A stretch of DNA of 64,000 nucleotides from contig JASMKC010000063.1 of the NCBI GenBank assembly GCA_030749415.1, forward strand, positions 39,573 to 103,572, in the 5' to 3' direction. The notes beneath the pieces are model-generated. The model worked only from the letters and a program-made list of their open reading frames with translations, did not search any database and was not told the origin of the DNA. Source of the DNA: Myxococcota bacterium. Lineage in GTDB: Bacteria; Myxococcota_A; UBA9160; SMWR01. Positions 26,065 through 34,853 of the stretch are shown in pieces. Position 1 is the first letter of the stretch; each line of letters opens with the position of its first letter. Both the position numbers and the translations under genes were made by a program.

Positions 26065-27528
26065 TCAGCGTGGAACGGGGGGCTGTGCCGAGTTGCGGGC
26101 TGCGGACTCATGCTTCGGATACAGCGTTCGCAGGAATGCAACCAGCGCAGACACCTCGGGTGGCTCGAGGTGCTTACCGTAAGCCGGCATATTGCCACCG
26201 CCCTGGAGCACCTGGCGCACGAGCTGGTCGTACGTGAGCCGCGTCGCGACGTCGGCGAGGTCGGGACCGCGCTTGCCGCCCGCACCCGCCAGGGAGTGGC
26301 AGTTCCGACACTGCTTCTCCTGCAGGATGGAAGCGCCGACGAGTTCGAGCGGTGTGCGGCCCTTTACGAACTCTGGCTGCACCGGAACGGCGCTCCACGC
26401 GTTCATATGCGGTGACCAGGGCGACGACAAACCCTGTATGGCAAGGACGACGAGTGTCATCATCACCATTACGGTGAGAATCACCGAGCCCGGTCTCCGA
26501 CTCGGGTGCTTCTCACCCTTGTTCGAGATGAAGGGAACGAGGAAGAGCAGAACGATCGCCACCGGCAGCACGTACACGATGACAAAGCTCTCCATGTAGG
26601 GCGGCATGAGCGCGAACGCGGCGAACATGGAGAGGAAGTAGAAATCGGGCCGTGGCGTCGTGTGGATCAACGTCGGGTCGGCGGGTCCATTCGGGCCATT
26701 GGGCCCGAAGATCGCGGCGCAACAGAGGATCCCGGTGATCACCAGGGATGAGAAGATCACGTCCTTGTCGGCACCGTCGGGGAAGAAGCGGATCCCCGTC
26801 TTCTTCAACAGATCCTCGTAGTCCTCTTCGTAGGTCTCGGGATCCACACCCTCTCCCGGCACCGGATACTCGTTGATCCCGCGTGTGAGCACGAGCCGCA
26901 GGTGCACCGTCAAGAGCGCAATGATCAGTCCCGGAACCACGAAGACATGCAACGAGTAGAAACGCGAGAGTGTCTCGCTGCCGAGGATCGGACCCCCCTG
27001 CACCAGGTACAGAAGCTCGGCGCCCAACGGGAACCGCCCGATGATCGACATCACGATCTGGAGCGCCCAGTACGCATCCTGGTCGAAGCGCAGCACCTGC
27101 CCGGTGAAGGCCATGATGAGCGTGCAGAAGAACAGTACGCAACCGACGATCCAGGTGAGTTCACGCGGGTACTTGTACGCCCCGAAGAGGAAGACCTGGA
27201 TCATGTGGAGCGTGATCAGCGCGATCATGAACTGCGAACCCCAGTCGTGGAGCGCGCGGAGGAACCAGCCGAAGGAAACCGTGTAGTTGAGGTACTCGAG
27301 GCTCTGGTAGGCCTGGTCGGGTGCCGGCACGTAGGTGAGCGAAAGGCAGATCCCAGTCACGACCTGGAGCACGAAGCAGACGAGCGTCGCGCTGCCGAGG
27401 ACGTACCACCAGCTCGCCGAACGACTCGGAATCGTGTGTCCAGCCGTCGCAGCGTAGAGCCGCGAGACCTGCAGCCGATCATCGAACCAGCTACCGACCG
27501 ACCGGCTGATGTCCCTCATTCGTCCCAT
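26065..27528 (-). CDS. cytochrome b (b6-like N-terminal part plus subunit-IV-like part) fused to a C-terminal mono-heme cytochrome c
   Basis: 487 aa. It has the cytochrome b N-terminal pattern (SWWYVLGSATLVCFVLQVVTG...HDWGSQFM...), a subunit-IV-like region (PDFYFL) and a C-terminal CRNCH heme-c motif with GGNMP. Confidence 0.9.
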   Translation of the reverse strand: MGRMRDISRSVGSWFDDRLQVSRLYAATAGHTIPSRSASWWYVLGSATLVCFVLQVVTGICLSLTYVPAPDQAYQSLEYLNYTVSFGWFLRALHDWGSQFMIALITLHMIQVFLFGAYKYPRELTWIVGCVLFFCTLIMAFTGQVLRFDQDAYWALQIVMSIIGRFPLGAELLYLVQGGPILGSETLSRFYSLHVFVVPGLIIALLTVHLRLVLTRGINEYPVPGEGVDPETYEEDYEDLLKKTGIRFFPDGADKDVIFSSLVITGILCCAAIFGPNGPNGPADPTLIHTTPRPDFYFLSMFAAFALMPPYMESFVIVYVLPVAIVLLFLVPFISNKGEKHPSRRPGSVILTVMVMMTLVVLAIQGLSSPWSPHMNAWSAVPVQPEFVKGRTPLELVGASILQEKQCRNCHSLAGAGGKRGPDLADVATRLTYDQLVRQVLQGGGNMPAYGKHLEPPEVSALVAFLRTLYPKHESAARNSAQPPVPR

Positions 27529-27537
27529 AGCGCCCGC

Positions 27538-28071
27538 CTACACCGGCTCCGAGAGGTTCGGAGTCTGGCCGCCGCGCACCTCGAGGTGGCCCTTCCGAAG
27601 CCGGTACTCGTACTCGTAGAGCCCGCGGGGCGGCGGCCCCGACGCGACCGACCCGTCCTCGTAATAGACGCCTCCGTGACAGGGGCACATGAAAAGCCCA
27701 GATTGCGGAAACCAGCGCACCGGACAGCCCAGGTGCGCGCAATTGATCGCAAAGACCTGGAAGGCGCCGTCGGTCATGCGGCGCACCCAGCAGGGGATGT
27801 CGGCCACCAAGCCGTCCCAGGGCGTAGTGAAGGGATTGCGGTAGGTCGCAAGGCGTGTCTGGCCGCGCGGGAACCGGTCGAGATTGCCGAGCGGAATCCA
27901 CGCCTGCTTGGCCTTGCGTCCGATCAGTGCCGAGGAGATGTAGCCAATCAGGGGAATGCCGACGACGGATGCCGCAACGAGGTTCAGCCCGACACCGAGT
28001 CGGAACAGCATGCCCCGCCGTGTAACCGGCGGAAAAGCCGGAGGTATCGGTTTGTGCTCGTGATCGGCCAT
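27538..28071 (-). CDS. Rieske 2Fe-2S subunit
   Basis: CAHLGC and CPCHGG boxes are present. I chose the ATG at 28071, which has GGAGGA 7 nt upstream, 1 nt after the upstream TAG. Confidence 0.9.
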   Translation of the reverse strand: MADHEHKPIPPAFPPVTRRGMLFRLGVGLNLVAASVVGIPLIGYISSALIGRKAKQAWIPLGNLDRFPRGQTRLATYRNPFTTPWDGLVADIPCWVRRMTDGAFQVFAINCAHLGCPVRWFPQSGLFMCPCHGGVYYEDGSVASGPPPRGLYEYEYRLRKGHLEVRGGQTPNLSEPV

Positions 28072-28072
28072 G

Positions 28073-28795
28073 CTAGTTCCTCCCATTCCCAGGAGCGCCT
28101 GGGAGCTGCGCCTCCGGAAAGGCCTTGCGCCGGGCCGTCATCCACGTCACCACATCGGTGATCTCCTGCGGTGTCATGGGGCGGTCCCCGGCCTCGCGCC
28201 AGTCGGGCATGCCGAGGTCGGTGCGGCCCACAACGACACTCGTGCGCAACATCTGGTCGCTCACTAGCGCCAGATAGTCCGGGTCCACCACGGAGCCAGC
28301 CTTTTCCCCACCGCTGCCGTCCGTGCCGTGGCAGTCGGCGCAAAAGGCAGCAAAAGCCGCATCGCCCCCCGCGGTGGACGTTGCGCCGACCTCATAGGAA
28401 GGCAGCAACGCGCCCTTCACTCGCGCGGCGTCCCCCCAGCGTTCGTAGATCTCCCGGACCAGGGCGGCAATCTGCTCCTCGGTGAGCGTGCCGCCCGAGG
28501 ATTCCGCAAAGGCGGGCATGGACGTGCCGGGAACCCCGTGGGCCACGATCTGACGCATCCGCTCGGACCCCACGTACGCCAGGTAGAGCGGATCGGCGAG
28601 GGGGCGCGAGGGACCGAGCCGGCCTTGCGCACCGTGACAGCCGGAGCAGTTCTGGCCGTACAGGATCGTGAAATCCATGATCTCTGTCGGGCGCTGGTAG
28701 CGATCGGCGGCATCGGGTTTCCCGGGCAGGCGGTCGCAGCCCGTCGCCCAGAGCACCGCGAGTACGGTGATCACCACCGGGACGGGGAGCTTCAC
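28073..28795 (-). CDS. diheme c-type cytochrome lipoprotein
   Basis: The GTG at 28795 has GGAGGAG upstream and overlaps the upstream stop (GTGA). It has a lipobox (LWATGC) and two CxxCH motifs (CSGCH, CADCH). Confidence 0.85.
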   Translation of the reverse strand: MKLPVPVVITVLAVLWATGCDRLPGKPDAADRYQRPTEIMDFTILYGQNCSGCHGAQGRLGPSRPLADPLYLAYVGSERMRQIVAHGVPGTSMPAFAESSGGTLTEEQIAALVREIYERWGDAARVKGALLPSYEVGATSTAGGDAAFAAFCADCHGTDGSGGEKAGSVVDPDYLALVSDQMLRTSVVVGRTDLGMPDWREAGDRPMTPQEITDVVTWMTARRKAFPEAQLPGAPGNGRN

Positions 28796-29643
28796 TCCGG
28801 CTCCTCCCGCGGACCGCTCACCCCCGCTGCCTCGATTCCCGCCCGGGATGCCAGCGGGAAGGACTGCAGCGTCTGGACCCGCTCGCTGCGCGCAATGACC
28901 GCACCCGCCACAAGCCCAAAGGCCACCTGGGAGGCGACGAACCAGCCCCAGTGCACGTGCTCGTTGAGCTCGGGGTTCACGAGGCCGAGCGCCGCCCACG
29001 CCACGCCCGACCACACAGCCGGCGCGACGATTCCGCCCCACAGGAGCACATGGCCGGGAAGCATGGGAAGCACGGTCGAGTATACGAGTCCGACTGAGAG
29101 TGAGATCACCGCGTGTATGCCGGCCGCCAACAGGAACGTACCCAGGTGGAAGGCCTCGAGGGCTTCGATGCCCTCGGCCCCGACGCCGGGCAGCGCCATG
29201 GCCGCGAGCAGGTTGATCGGGAGCCAGGGGCTGCCCTGGACGATCCAGCCGTAGGCGCAGGCGACGACAGCCATGGCGACGCCGCCGATGGCGCCGCCCT
29301 TCAACCCCGACTGGTAGGGGTGGTACTCGAGTGGCAGCCGCAAGCGGTGACCGTCGCGGCCAGCCACCATGCGCTCGACGCCTTCCGCGCGCGGTTCGAC
29401 CGGGCGCGCGCGCTGCTCTTCCGGCTGCAGAGGCACCGCGATCTCGTGCTGGTGGGGCAGCATCTCTCGCCACCAGCCAATGGCGCCCAGCACAGCGATC
29501 GCTCCGCCGACTGCGCTCACGATCTCGTTGGTCACGAGCCCGGCGAAGAGCAACGCCAGCCCCAGCGCAAAGTAGAGCGGCGCGCTGGTGGGCGCGGGGA
29601 GCTCGATGCCTTCTTCGGCGTTGTCTCGTCGCTCGCTCTCCAT
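28792..29643 (-). CDS. polytopic membrane protein of unknown function within the oxidase operon
   Basis: About 283 aa from the ATG at 29643, with about 7 predicted TM segments. No family recognised. Tightly packed between coxIII and the diheme cytochrome c gene. Confidence 0.5.
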   Translation of the reverse strand: MESERRDNAEEGIELPAPTSAPLYFALGLALLFAGLVTNEIVSAVGGAIAVLGAIGWWREMLPHQHEIAVPLQPEEQRARPVEPRAEGVERMVAGRDGHRLRLPLEYHPYQSGLKGGAIGGVAMAVVACAYGWIVQGSPWLPINLLAAMALPGVGAEGIEALEAFHLGTFLLAAGIHAVISLSVGLVYSTVLPMLPGHVLLWGGIVAPAVWSGVAWAALGLVNPELNEHVHWGWFVASQVAFGLVAGAVIARSERVQTLQSFPLASRAGIEAAGVSGPREEPE

Positions 29644-29654
29644 CACATCCCCAG

Positions 29655-30251
29655 TTAGAACAGAGGCCAGAGAGGAATCGCGTAGACCACCGTGAACACC
29701 AAGATCCACACGATGTCTACGAAATGCCAGTACCACGAAAACATGTCGACGCGTTCGCTGTGCTCCGCCCGCACGTGTCCCCCGAGGCTCAGGACCAGCA
29801 TCAGCGTCATGATGAGAACTCCGATCGTGACGTGCGCGGCGTGGAAGCCCACGAGCGAGTAGAAGGTGGTTCCGAACAGGTTCGTCCCGATCGTGAGTCC
29901 CTGATCGAAGATGAGCCCGTACCACTCGACCGCCGTGAAGCCGAGGAATATGCTTCCGAGCAACGCCGTGATGAACAAGAACGCGGTGAATAACGGGACA
30001 GAACCTTTCTCGAGGAACTTCACCGCGAAAACGACGCTGGCGCTGCTGGAGAGCAGACACGCGGTTGCCAGCCACGGCCACTCGAGCACCTCCGCCGGGT
30101 AGGGCCCGTTCAGACTCTTCCCGGTGTAGAAGAGGTGGGCCACGATGAAGATGCTGAAGAAGCTGGCCTCGCTCATGATCAGGCACAGCGTCCCGACCTT
30201 CCCGCGTGTCCAGCGCGACTCCTGAGTTTCCACCGCCACCGCTTCACTCAT
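29655..30251 (-). CDS. ctaE: cytochrome c oxidase subunit III
   Basis: 198 aa, 5 TM segments, with the heme-copper oxidase subunit III pattern (FYSLVGFHAAHVTIGVLIM, WYWHFVD). Confidence 0.9.
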   Translation of the reverse strand: MSEAVAVETQESRWTRGKVGTLCLIMSEASFFSIFIVAHLFYTGKSLNGPYPAEVLEWPWLATACLLSSSASVVFAVKFLEKGSVPLFTAFLFITALLGSIFLGFTAVEWYGLIFDQGLTIGTNLFGTTFYSLVGFHAAHVTIGVLIMTLMLVLSLGGHVRAEHSERVDMFSWYWHFVDIVWILVFTVVYAIPLWPLF

Positions 30252-30261
30252 GCTCGACCCA

Positions 30262-31932
30262 CTACTCGTACTTCCAGTCCGGGTCTTCGGGGTGCTTCAG
30301 ATCCCAGAGCGGCCGCCGGCTGTGAACCTCCGGCTCCTCCGCAAAGTTGTAGGCGGGCGGCGGCGAACTCGTCGACCACTCGAGTGTCCATGCATCCCAG
30401 GGATCGTCGCCCGCCGGCTGCGGGCGACGGAATGCCTGGATGATCGCGAGCACCAGGAAGACAACGCCCGCGACCTGAAAGGCGACGCCCGCCGAGGTGA
30501 TGAAATTCCAGACCTCCCAGCCCCGGTCAGCTGGGTAGGTGTAGATCCGGCGCGGCATGCCGAGCAGTCCCTGTATGTGCATGGTGGCGAAGCTGATCTG
30601 GAAGCCCACGATGAAGACCCAGAAGTGCCAACGCCCGAGGGTCTCACTTAGCATGAGGCCTGTCATCTTCGGAAACCAGTAGTAGATCGCTGCGAAGATG
30701 GTCATGAGCAGGCCGCCAATCAACACGTAGTGGAAGTGGGCGACGACGAAGTAGGAGTCGCTGAGCTGCCAGTTGAAGGGCGCTGCAGCCAGCATGATGC
30801 CCGTGAGGCCCGCGATCAGGAACTGCGCCAGGAAGGCGGTGCAGAAGAGCATCGGCGTCCGGAATCGGATGCGCCCCCCGTACATGGTGGCGAGCCAGTT
30901 GAAGAGCTTGATGCCCGTCGGGATACCCACCACCATCGTCATCGCGGCGAACCAGATATTGAGGCCCTTGCCCATGCCAACCGTGAACATGTGGTGCGCC
31001 CATACAGCCGTCGCGACGAAGCCGATCGACACCGTCGCGGCCACCATCACCGCATAGCCGAAGATCACCTTGCGCGAGAAGACCGGAATGATCTCCGACG
31101 CATAGGCAAAACCCGGAATCACCAGGATGTATACCTCGGGGTGGCCGAAGAACCAGAAAAAGTGCTGCCATAGCACCGCGTCACCACCCGACTGGGTGTC
31201 GAAGAAGTGAGCACCGAGAAAGCGGTCGAAGAGCAGCATGACCTGGGCAGCCGTGAGCGGTGGCAGCACCAGCAGCATCAGGAAGGAGACAACGAGCGTC
31301 ATCCAGACGAGCAGCGGCATCCGGCGCAGGGTCATGCCCTTGCAGCGCATGGTGAAAGCCGTGGCAATCATGTTCACAGCGCCCGATAGACTGCCGAAGC
31401 CACTCACCAGGATTCCGAGGACCCAGTAGTCGGTGGCGTTGCCCCGGGAGAAGGCCTTGCCCGCGAGCGGCGAGTAGGCGAACCAGCCGACGTCTGGAGC
31501 CGAACCGGCCCCATAGAGGCCCATGCTCCCGAGGTAGCTGAAGTGAAGGATCAACCCCCCGAATAGAAACATCCAGAAACCCCACGCGTTGAGGCGCGGG
31601 AAGGCCATGTCGCGGGCGCCGATCATCAGCGGGAGAACGAAGTTCGCAAAGCCCGTGATGATGGGCATCCCCACCAGGAAGACCATGGTGGTGCCGTGCA
31701 TCGTAAAGAGGCGGTTGAAGACCTCGGGCGAGAGGAAGTCGTTATTCGCCGCAGCGAGCTGTACGCGCATGGCCACGGCCTCGAGGCCCGCGATCACGAA
31801 GAAGACGATCCCCGACGTGACGTACATGATGCCGAGCTTCTTATGATCGACGGTTACAACCCAGTCGTGCAACACGTCGGTCCAGGGGCGCGTGGAAGCG
31901 TGCCTCTCGGCGGATCCGTCGATGGCTACCAT
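30262..31932 (-). CDS. ctaD: cytochrome c oxidase subunit I
   Basis: 556 aa with canonical subunit I motifs (WFFGHPEVYILVIPGF, HHMFTVG, VAHFHYVL). Confidence 0.97.
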   Translation of the reverse strand: MVAIDGSAERHASTRPWTDVLHDWVVTVDHKKLGIMYVTSGIVFFVIAGLEAVAMRVQLAAANNDFLSPEVFNRLFTMHGTTMVFLVGMPIITGFANFVLPLMIGARDMAFPRLNAWGFWMFLFGGLILHFSYLGSMGLYGAGSAPDVGWFAYSPLAGKAFSRGNATDYWVLGILVSGFGSLSGAVNMIATAFTMRCKGMTLRRMPLLVWMTLVVSFLMLLVLPPLTAAQVMLLFDRFLGAHFFDTQSGGDAVLWQHFFWFFGHPEVYILVIPGFAYASEIIPVFSRKVIFGYAVMVAATVSIGFVATAVWAHHMFTVGMGKGLNIWFAAMTMVVGIPTGIKLFNWLATMYGGRIRFRTPMLFCTAFLAQFLIAGLTGIMLAAAPFNWQLSDSYFVVAHFHYVLIGGLLMTIFAAIYYWFPKMTGLMLSETLGRWHFWVFIVGFQISFATMHIQGLLGMPRRIYTYPADRGWEVWNFITSAGVAFQVAGVVFLVLAIIQAFRRPQPAGDDPWDAWTLEWSTSSPPPAYNFAEEPEVHSRRPLWDLKHPEDPDWKYE

Positions 31933-31957
31933 TTCAGACTTGCTTCCTCAACCGTCT

Positions 31958-33007
31958 CTACTTGAGCGTGAGCAGATAGTCGACGACCTGTTCAACCTGT
32001 TTCACCCCGAGCTTCATAGCTGGCATCCGAACACCCGGTTTGAAATGGTCGGGGTCCGTCACCCACTCGAGCAGATGGGCTCGGTCATTCGAGGCAACGC
32101 CAGCGCCAATCGTCGCGCGACTCATCAGATGAGTGAGGTCGGGGCCGAAGCGACCGTCGGCATCGGTGCCGCGCACCGTATGACAGTTGACACAAGCCGT
32201 CGACTCGAAGAGTCGACGGCCTTCGGCAACGCCGGGGCTCATTACGGCTTCTGTGCGCTGGTGAGCGAGCCAGCTCTCGAAGCCCCGGGGAGTATGCACC
32301 ACCACCCGAAGCAGCATCTGCGCGTGCTGGGTACCGCAGTACTCGGCGCACTGGCCGACATAGACGCCCGGCTCGAACGGGTCCACCCAGAGATGGTTCG
32401 TCCGATTCGGGATCAGATCCGTTTTGCCCGAAAGCTGCGGGACCCAGAAGCTGTGGATCACGTCCTGGGACTCCAGATCGAAGAAGGTGGGACGGCCCAC
32501 CGGCAGGTGCAACTCATTCGCAGTGGTAATTCCCTGCTCCGGATAGTGGAACTCCCACCACCACTGGTGACCGATGGCCGTGACCGGGAGCCAGCCCTCC
32601 GGGCGCTCATCCTTCTGCAAGGCCAGGATGTTACGTGCGGTTACGAGACTCAGGAGGATCACGATCAGTACGGGCACCACGGTCCATGCGAGTTCGACCT
32701 GATTGCTGCCGTAGACCTGGGGCGGCTCGCGATCGTCGTCGCCGGGACGAGACCGGAAACGCACGACCGTTACGATGATCAGACCGGCAACCACGACGAA
32801 GATGGCCGCGCAGATGCCGAACACGAGGACGGAATAGTCGGCAATAATGCCGGCCGGCGTCGAGGCTGCGGCAAACATCGAAGGCACCTGCACGACACCC
32901 TGGCCCCCGGGCTCGGCCGCTGCGGCTGCCCCCGCGATCAAGGACATCGACAAGCCAGCGAAAACTCGACCCAGAACCGTGAGTTCAGGAGTTCTCCACC
33001 CGGTCAC
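31958..33007 (-). CDS. ctaC: cytochrome c oxidase subunit II with fused C-terminal cytochrome c (caa3 type)
   Basis: It has the CuA motif CAEYCGTQHAQM and the heme-c motif CVNCH. The start is uncertain: GTG at 33007 (GGAG upstream) or TTG at 33037. Confidence 0.9.
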   Translation of the reverse strand: MTGWRTPELTVLGRVFAGLSMSLIAGAAAAAEPGGQGVVQVPSMFAAASTPAGIIADYSVLVFGICAAIFVVVAGLIIVTVVRFRSRPGDDDREPPQVYGSNQVELAWTVVPVLIVILLSLVTARNILALQKDERPEGWLPVTAIGHQWWWEFHYPEQGITTANELHLPVGRPTFFDLESQDVIHSFWVPQLSGKTDLIPNRTNHLWVDPFEPGVYVGQCAEYCGTQHAQMLLRVVVHTPRGFESWLAHQRTEAVMSPGVAEGRRLFESTACVNCHTVRGTDADGRFGPDLTHLMSRATIGAGVASNDRAHLLEWVTDPDHFKPGVRMPAMKLGVKQVEQVVDYLLTLK

Positions 33008-33033
33008 GCCATCTCCCCCGTCCCCGCCTCGCC

Positions 33034-34779
33034 TCAAAGCACGTTGGAGCGAAACTCGTCACGCCAGAGCTTCCACACCTCGTGATCTCCCTTCAACCCC
33101 ATGAGGCCTTCCTTGACCTTCGAAATCCCGAATCCCCACGCCTCGCCGACCGTGACCGTCGGGGGCATGGTGAGCTCTCCGGGGCTCACGACAGCATCGA
33201 TCAAGAAGGGCCCATCCGTGGCAAGCGCCTGCTCGATCGCGGGAACGATGTCACTGGCGTGCTCGACCCGCACCCCCTCCATCCCACAGGCGGCGGCATA
33301 GGCCGCAAAGTCCGGATTCAACAATCGGGTGGCTTCCGGGAAGGCCGGCAACCCGGAAACCTCCATCTCCATCTTCACGAAGCCGAGTTCGCTGTTGTTG
33401 AACACAATCACCTTGATCGGCCAGCCGAAGCGAACGGCGGTCACCAGTTCGTTCATGGACATGCCAAAACCGCCGTCGCCGCAGATGGCCCACACCTCAC
33501 GCCCGGGATCGAGCGCTGAGGCCCCGAGAGCAATCGGGAGTCCCCCGCCCAGCGATCCGTGATTGAACGAGCCGGCCATGCGCCGCCCTCCGCGCATGTG
33601 CATCTGCCGTGCCACCCACACGGTGACCTCTCCGACGTCGACGGAAAACACCGCGTCGTCCGCAGCGCGGTCGCTGATCGCCTTGGCAAAGAGCTGGGGA
33701 TGAAGGGGCTCGTCCGTCCGTCCGAGATCTGCCTGCTTTTCCATCTGGTGCAGCCACTTGTCCCGCAACTTCTCCAGGTGTTCGAGAAAGCGCCCGGGCT
33801 CTCGCTTCTCGACTCGGGGCAGGAGCGCGGCCACGACTTCCCGGACGGTGCCGACCAGGCCGAGGCTGACCGGTGCACGGCGTCCGATGTGGTCCACCTT
33901 CGCGTCCACCTGGATGATCTGCTTTCCGTCGGGCAAGAACTCGTCGTAGGGGAAATCGGTGCCGAGCATCACGAGCACGTCGCAGTCCCGCACGGCGTGG
34001 AGGCCCCCGGGGTTCCCGATCAACCCGGTCATGCCCACCACCGGGCCGTCTCCGTAGTCGAAGATGTCCTTGGCGCGCAGTGTGTGGACAAGCGGAGCGC
34101 CGAGCTTTTTAGCGAGAGCGAGCACCTCCTCCCGGCAATTGCGGCAACCGATGCCGCAGAAGAGCGTCACGCGCTCGCCGGCTGAGATCAGGTCGGCCGC
34201 CTTCTGGATCTCGACCTCCGGGGGCAGGATCACGGACTCACTGTGGACGAGCGGGTGTTTGAAGTGCTGACTCGGGAGACTCTGACTGATCACGTCGGAC
34301 GGAATCTCGATGCGCACGACCACGTGCTCGGAAAGCGCCTTCTGGACCGCGATCTCGACCATGCGCGGCAGCTGGGCTGGGGTATCGATCACCGCCTGGT
34401 AGGCACAGATGTCGTCGAACATCTTGGTGAGATCGATCTCCTTGTGGTAGTCGCTTCCGCGCTTGGAGCGGGGCACCTGACCGGTGATGGCCACCACGCC
34501 GCCGCCTTCCTTCTTCGCGTTGTAGAGGCCGTTGATCAGGTGAAGCGCGCCCGGACCCGCCGTCCCGGCGCAGACGCCGATGCCCCCGGTGAGCTCCGCC
34601 TGGGCGTAGGCCGCGTAACCGGCGTGTTCTTCGTGACGCATGCCGATCCAGCGAAAGCGGCCATCTTTACGGATTGTGTCGAGCAGCGGATTGAGCGCGT
34701 CTCCAGTAACTCCGAAGATGTCGTGGGCCCCCGCCTCGGCGAGCACCTCTAATAGGCTCTCGGACACGCTCTGCGCCAA
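33034..34779 (-). CDS. thiamine-diphosphate/FAD enzyme of the pyruvate oxidase / pyruvate dehydrogenase (quinone) PoxB family
   Basis: 581 aa. The N-terminus aligns by eye with E. coli PoxB (GVTGDALNPLLD..., CAGTAGPGALHLINGLYNA). It also has a TPP-binding GDGGF motif. Confidence 0.75.
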   Translation of the reverse strand: MAQSVSESLLEVLAEAGAHDIFGVTGDALNPLLDTIRKDGRFRWIGMRHEEHAGYAAYAQAELTGGIGVCAGTAGPGALHLINGLYNAKKEGGGVVAITGQVPRSKRGSDYHKEIDLTKMFDDICAYQAVIDTPAQLPRMVEIAVQKALSEHVVVRIEIPSDVISQSLPSQHFKHPLVHSESVILPPEVEIQKAADLISAGERVTLFCGIGCRNCREEVLALAKKLGAPLVHTLRAKDIFDYGDGPVVGMTGLIGNPGGLHAVRDCDVLVMLGTDFPYDEFLPDGKQIIQVDAKVDHIGRRAPVSLGLVGTVREVVAALLPRVEKREPGRFLEHLEKLRDKWLHQMEKQADLGRTDEPLHPQLFAKAISDRAADDAVFSVDVGEVTVWVARQMHMRGGRRMAGSFNHGSLGGGLPIALGASALDPGREVWAICGDGGFGMSMNELVTAVRFGWPIKVIVFNNSELGFVKMEMEVSGLPAFPEATRLLNPDFAAYAAACGMEGVRVEHASDIVPAIEQALATDGPFLIDAVVSPGELTMPPTVTVGEAWGFGISKVKEGLMGLKGDHEVWKLWRDEFRSNVL

Positions 34780-34853
34780 GCGATTTTCCTCCTGCTGAAA
34801 CGGGACGCCAAGGTATCATCGTCTCAGGCGAGTCTGCGTGAAAAATATCATGG

